DNA of 64,000 bases, taken from Paraphysomonas bandaiensis. Lineage: Eukaryota > Protista > Chrysophyceae. A model generated the notes under the pieces. It was given only the letters and a program-made list of their open reading frames with translations, searched no databases and was not told the origin of the DNA. The stretch is from NCBI GenBank assembly GCA_965644295.1, contig CBFFRP010000202.1:62001-126000 (forward strand). The letters run 5' to 3'. Below are positions 62,214 to 64,000 of this stretch, piece by piece. Position 1 is the first letter of the stretch; each line of letters begins with the position of its first letter. The position numbers were made by a program, and so were the translations under genes.

Positions 62214-64000
62214 TGTAAAGGAAAATTAGTATCCTATTCCTTAGTACTTACTTAGTATTAGGATTCAGCTTAATACATGATTGTATCTGTGAGTTATAAT
62301 GTTCAATGAAATACACCATAAACTGAATTAGAGAGAGTATCTGTCGAAGATACATGATCGTCATCATAACGTCGTCATTATCAGTTACACTTCTAACTAT
62401 TCCGTTGTGCATGATAGTACGTCCTATATTGTTATTCATAATTTTCACTCTATCGTGTTCATTACTTACACTCTAATAATCACAACATTGTTTTACTATT
62501 ATAAAGATCAATTCTTTATTTGGTAGCGAGTGATAGTTAAAGTTACAAGTTACGACTCAACCGACTCGGATTCAACAACCGAAAAACAGAAAGACTCAAT
62601 GCCAAAGTTCGACGCGAAGAACTTCTCCAAGTGGCAGAAGAAGTGCCGTGCATGGTTTTACAGAAAGCCCAAGATCGTTTATACCCTACAAAACGATCAT
62701 CCAACTGAACCTGAAGAAGGAGAGATTTCAGATGACGAAGATTACCAATATCGACTCGACCAGTATCACGAAACGAAACGATATTATGATGAAGGTAATA
62801 ATTACCTATGGTCTGTCATTTCGAGCGCTGTCATTGGTCAGGATGAAGAGGCCGAAGGGATTTTGGAAAACGTCCCCGATGGAGACGGAAAAACCGCCTG
62901 GACCGATCTGCTAGCCCACTTCAAGGAAAAAACGACAAATGACGTAATCACCGACCTGATTGGTCAATTTCAGAGCCTAAAAATCAAAAAAGGTCAGTCA
63001 ATAATCAACTTTCTTGACGCTATCGAAAAACTCAAAAACAAGCTTATCAATTATGGTCATCGGATCAACGACCAAGACTTAATATCCCGAATACGACAGG
63101 GAATTGTTTCAGAAGATAACATGGTTTACCGAGAATTGGCAATTAATCTGCAGCTACATCCAATTGATGATTATAAAGTATTGATTCGCAGACTTCGCGG
63201 GTTAGGAAGCTCGTCTGTTGGAACGCTCCTATCATCCAACAATGAAGGCACAAAAACTGACAGTAGTCACCTCGCAGCATCAAAAACCCCATTTTCCCGC
63301 AGCAAAGTCAATTTTAAGCGAAAAAGAGGGACATCTTCCAAATATCGCTCCAATAAACAGAAACATGATAAGAGAACCGATAAAGACATTAAGTGCTTCA
63401 GATGCGGAGGAAAGGGGCACATTGCATCGGAATGCAAGCACTCCTGGGAGAAGATTCAAGAGATGAAAAGCTCCTACGACAACAAGTCATCAACAAGAGG
63501 AAAACCGAAGTTCAAGAGAGTGAAATTCCAGACTCAAAGTAACGAATATTTCCACGACCACTCTGATCAACTTGCAAATTATGAAGACAGTGGTCCATCG
63601 TCAGATTATCAAAAAGGACGAGACTACGGAGGAGTTGCTTACACACCAAGCGATGAATCACACTTCGTTAGTGATCAACAGGCAGGAATGGGATCTCTTG
63701 ACTCGGGGTGCACAGTATCAATTACATCAGAAGCAAGCTACCTTACGGACTACACTGATTGCCTCACCGAGATTCAAACAGCCAAATCAGGGTCTACAAT
63801 GATATCCTCAGGTCATGGAAGACTTGGAATCATCCCCAAGTGCAAACACGTGGACCAAGCGTCTAGGACCCTCATTTCTATTAGCCAACTGGATGACCTC
63901 GGACATGAAATCATATTCAGAAACCAGTCAGTGGAAATATTTAAAGACGGCATATTGCTATCGTATAAACAACTCAGGTCTTGCAACCTAAGATCACTGA
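62214..64000 (+). mobile_element. 5' part of a Ty1/Copia LTR retrotransposon (candidate LTR 62214-62520, PBS from 62521)
   Basis: PBS-like tggtagcgag follows an AT-rich LTR-like segment starting tgtaaag; a gag-pol ORF follows. Confidence 0.85.
62599..64000 (+). CDS. Copia gag-pol polyprotein (Gag, CCHC zinc knuckle, aspartic protease); runs off the window
   Basis: Open frame from ATG 62599 with no stop (so absent from the ORF track): MPKFDAKNFSKW..DGKTAWTDL..CFRCGGKGHIASEC..LDSGCT..RTLISISQLDDLG. Confidence 0.9.
   Translation, partial: MPKFDAKNFSKWQKKCRAWFYRKPKIVYTLQNDHPTEPEEGEISDDEDYQYRLDQYHETKRYYDEGNNYLWSVISSAVIGQDEEAEGILENVPDGDGKTAWTDLLAHFKEKTTNDVITDLIGQFQSLKIKKGQSIINFLDAIEKLKNKLINYGHRINDQDLISRIRQGIVSEDNMVYRELAINLQLHPIDDYKVLIRRLRGLGSSSVGTLLSSNNEGTKTDSSHLAASKTPFSRSKVNFKRKRGTSSKYRSNKQKHDKRTDKDIKCFRCGGKGHIASECKHSWEKIQEMKSSYDNKSSTRGKPKFKRVKFQTQSNEYFHDHSDQLANYEDSGPSSDYQKGRDYGGVAYTPSDESHFVSDQQAGMGSLDSGCTVSITSEASYLTDYTDCLTEIQTAKSGSTMISSGHGRLGIIPKCKHVDQASRTLISISQLDDLGHEIIFRNQSVEIFKDGILLSYKQLRSCNLRSL

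Noticed and set aside
1-64000. tRNA/rRNA genes
   Set aside because: No cloverleaf or rRNA signatures seen by eye; a tRNAscan-SE/Infernal run would be needed to exclude small ncRNAs.

Overview
Gene-dense eukaryotic genomic DNA with many short (about 45-70 bp) GT-AG introns. It is most consistent with a stramenopile (ochrophyte/chrysophyte-like) genome; this is an inference from intron style, the transposon complement and mannitol 2-dehydrogenase. Host genes: a 3'-truncated ERCC6L/PICH-like SNF2 ATPase, SRP40/Nopp140, two head-to-head paralogous channel genes, PAPS transporter, twin-CX9C protein, BABAM1, intronless mannitol 2-dehydrogenase, a giant coiled-coil protein with a 141-bp tandem repeat, a fucosyltransferase-like enzyme, a LEA-like protein, V-ATPase Ac45/VOA1-like subunit, PTPMT1-like phosphatase, BRAP/ETP1, a TauE-family transporter and several hypotheticals. 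Mobile DNA: an intact-ORF hAT transposase with hAT relics and MITEs, a 149-bp promoter-associated MITE family, two Crypton-like relics, and the 5' end of a Ty1/Copia element. The most striking observation is the channel pair at 6055-13439. After manual splicing, each gene encodes one polypeptide with two fused TPK/K2P-like modules (8 TM, 4 pore loops, 2 EF-hand pairs). None of the four filters keeps TxGYG in register, yet each degenerate filter is conserved by position between the paralogs. All exon structures were inferred by eye, without transcript or database support.
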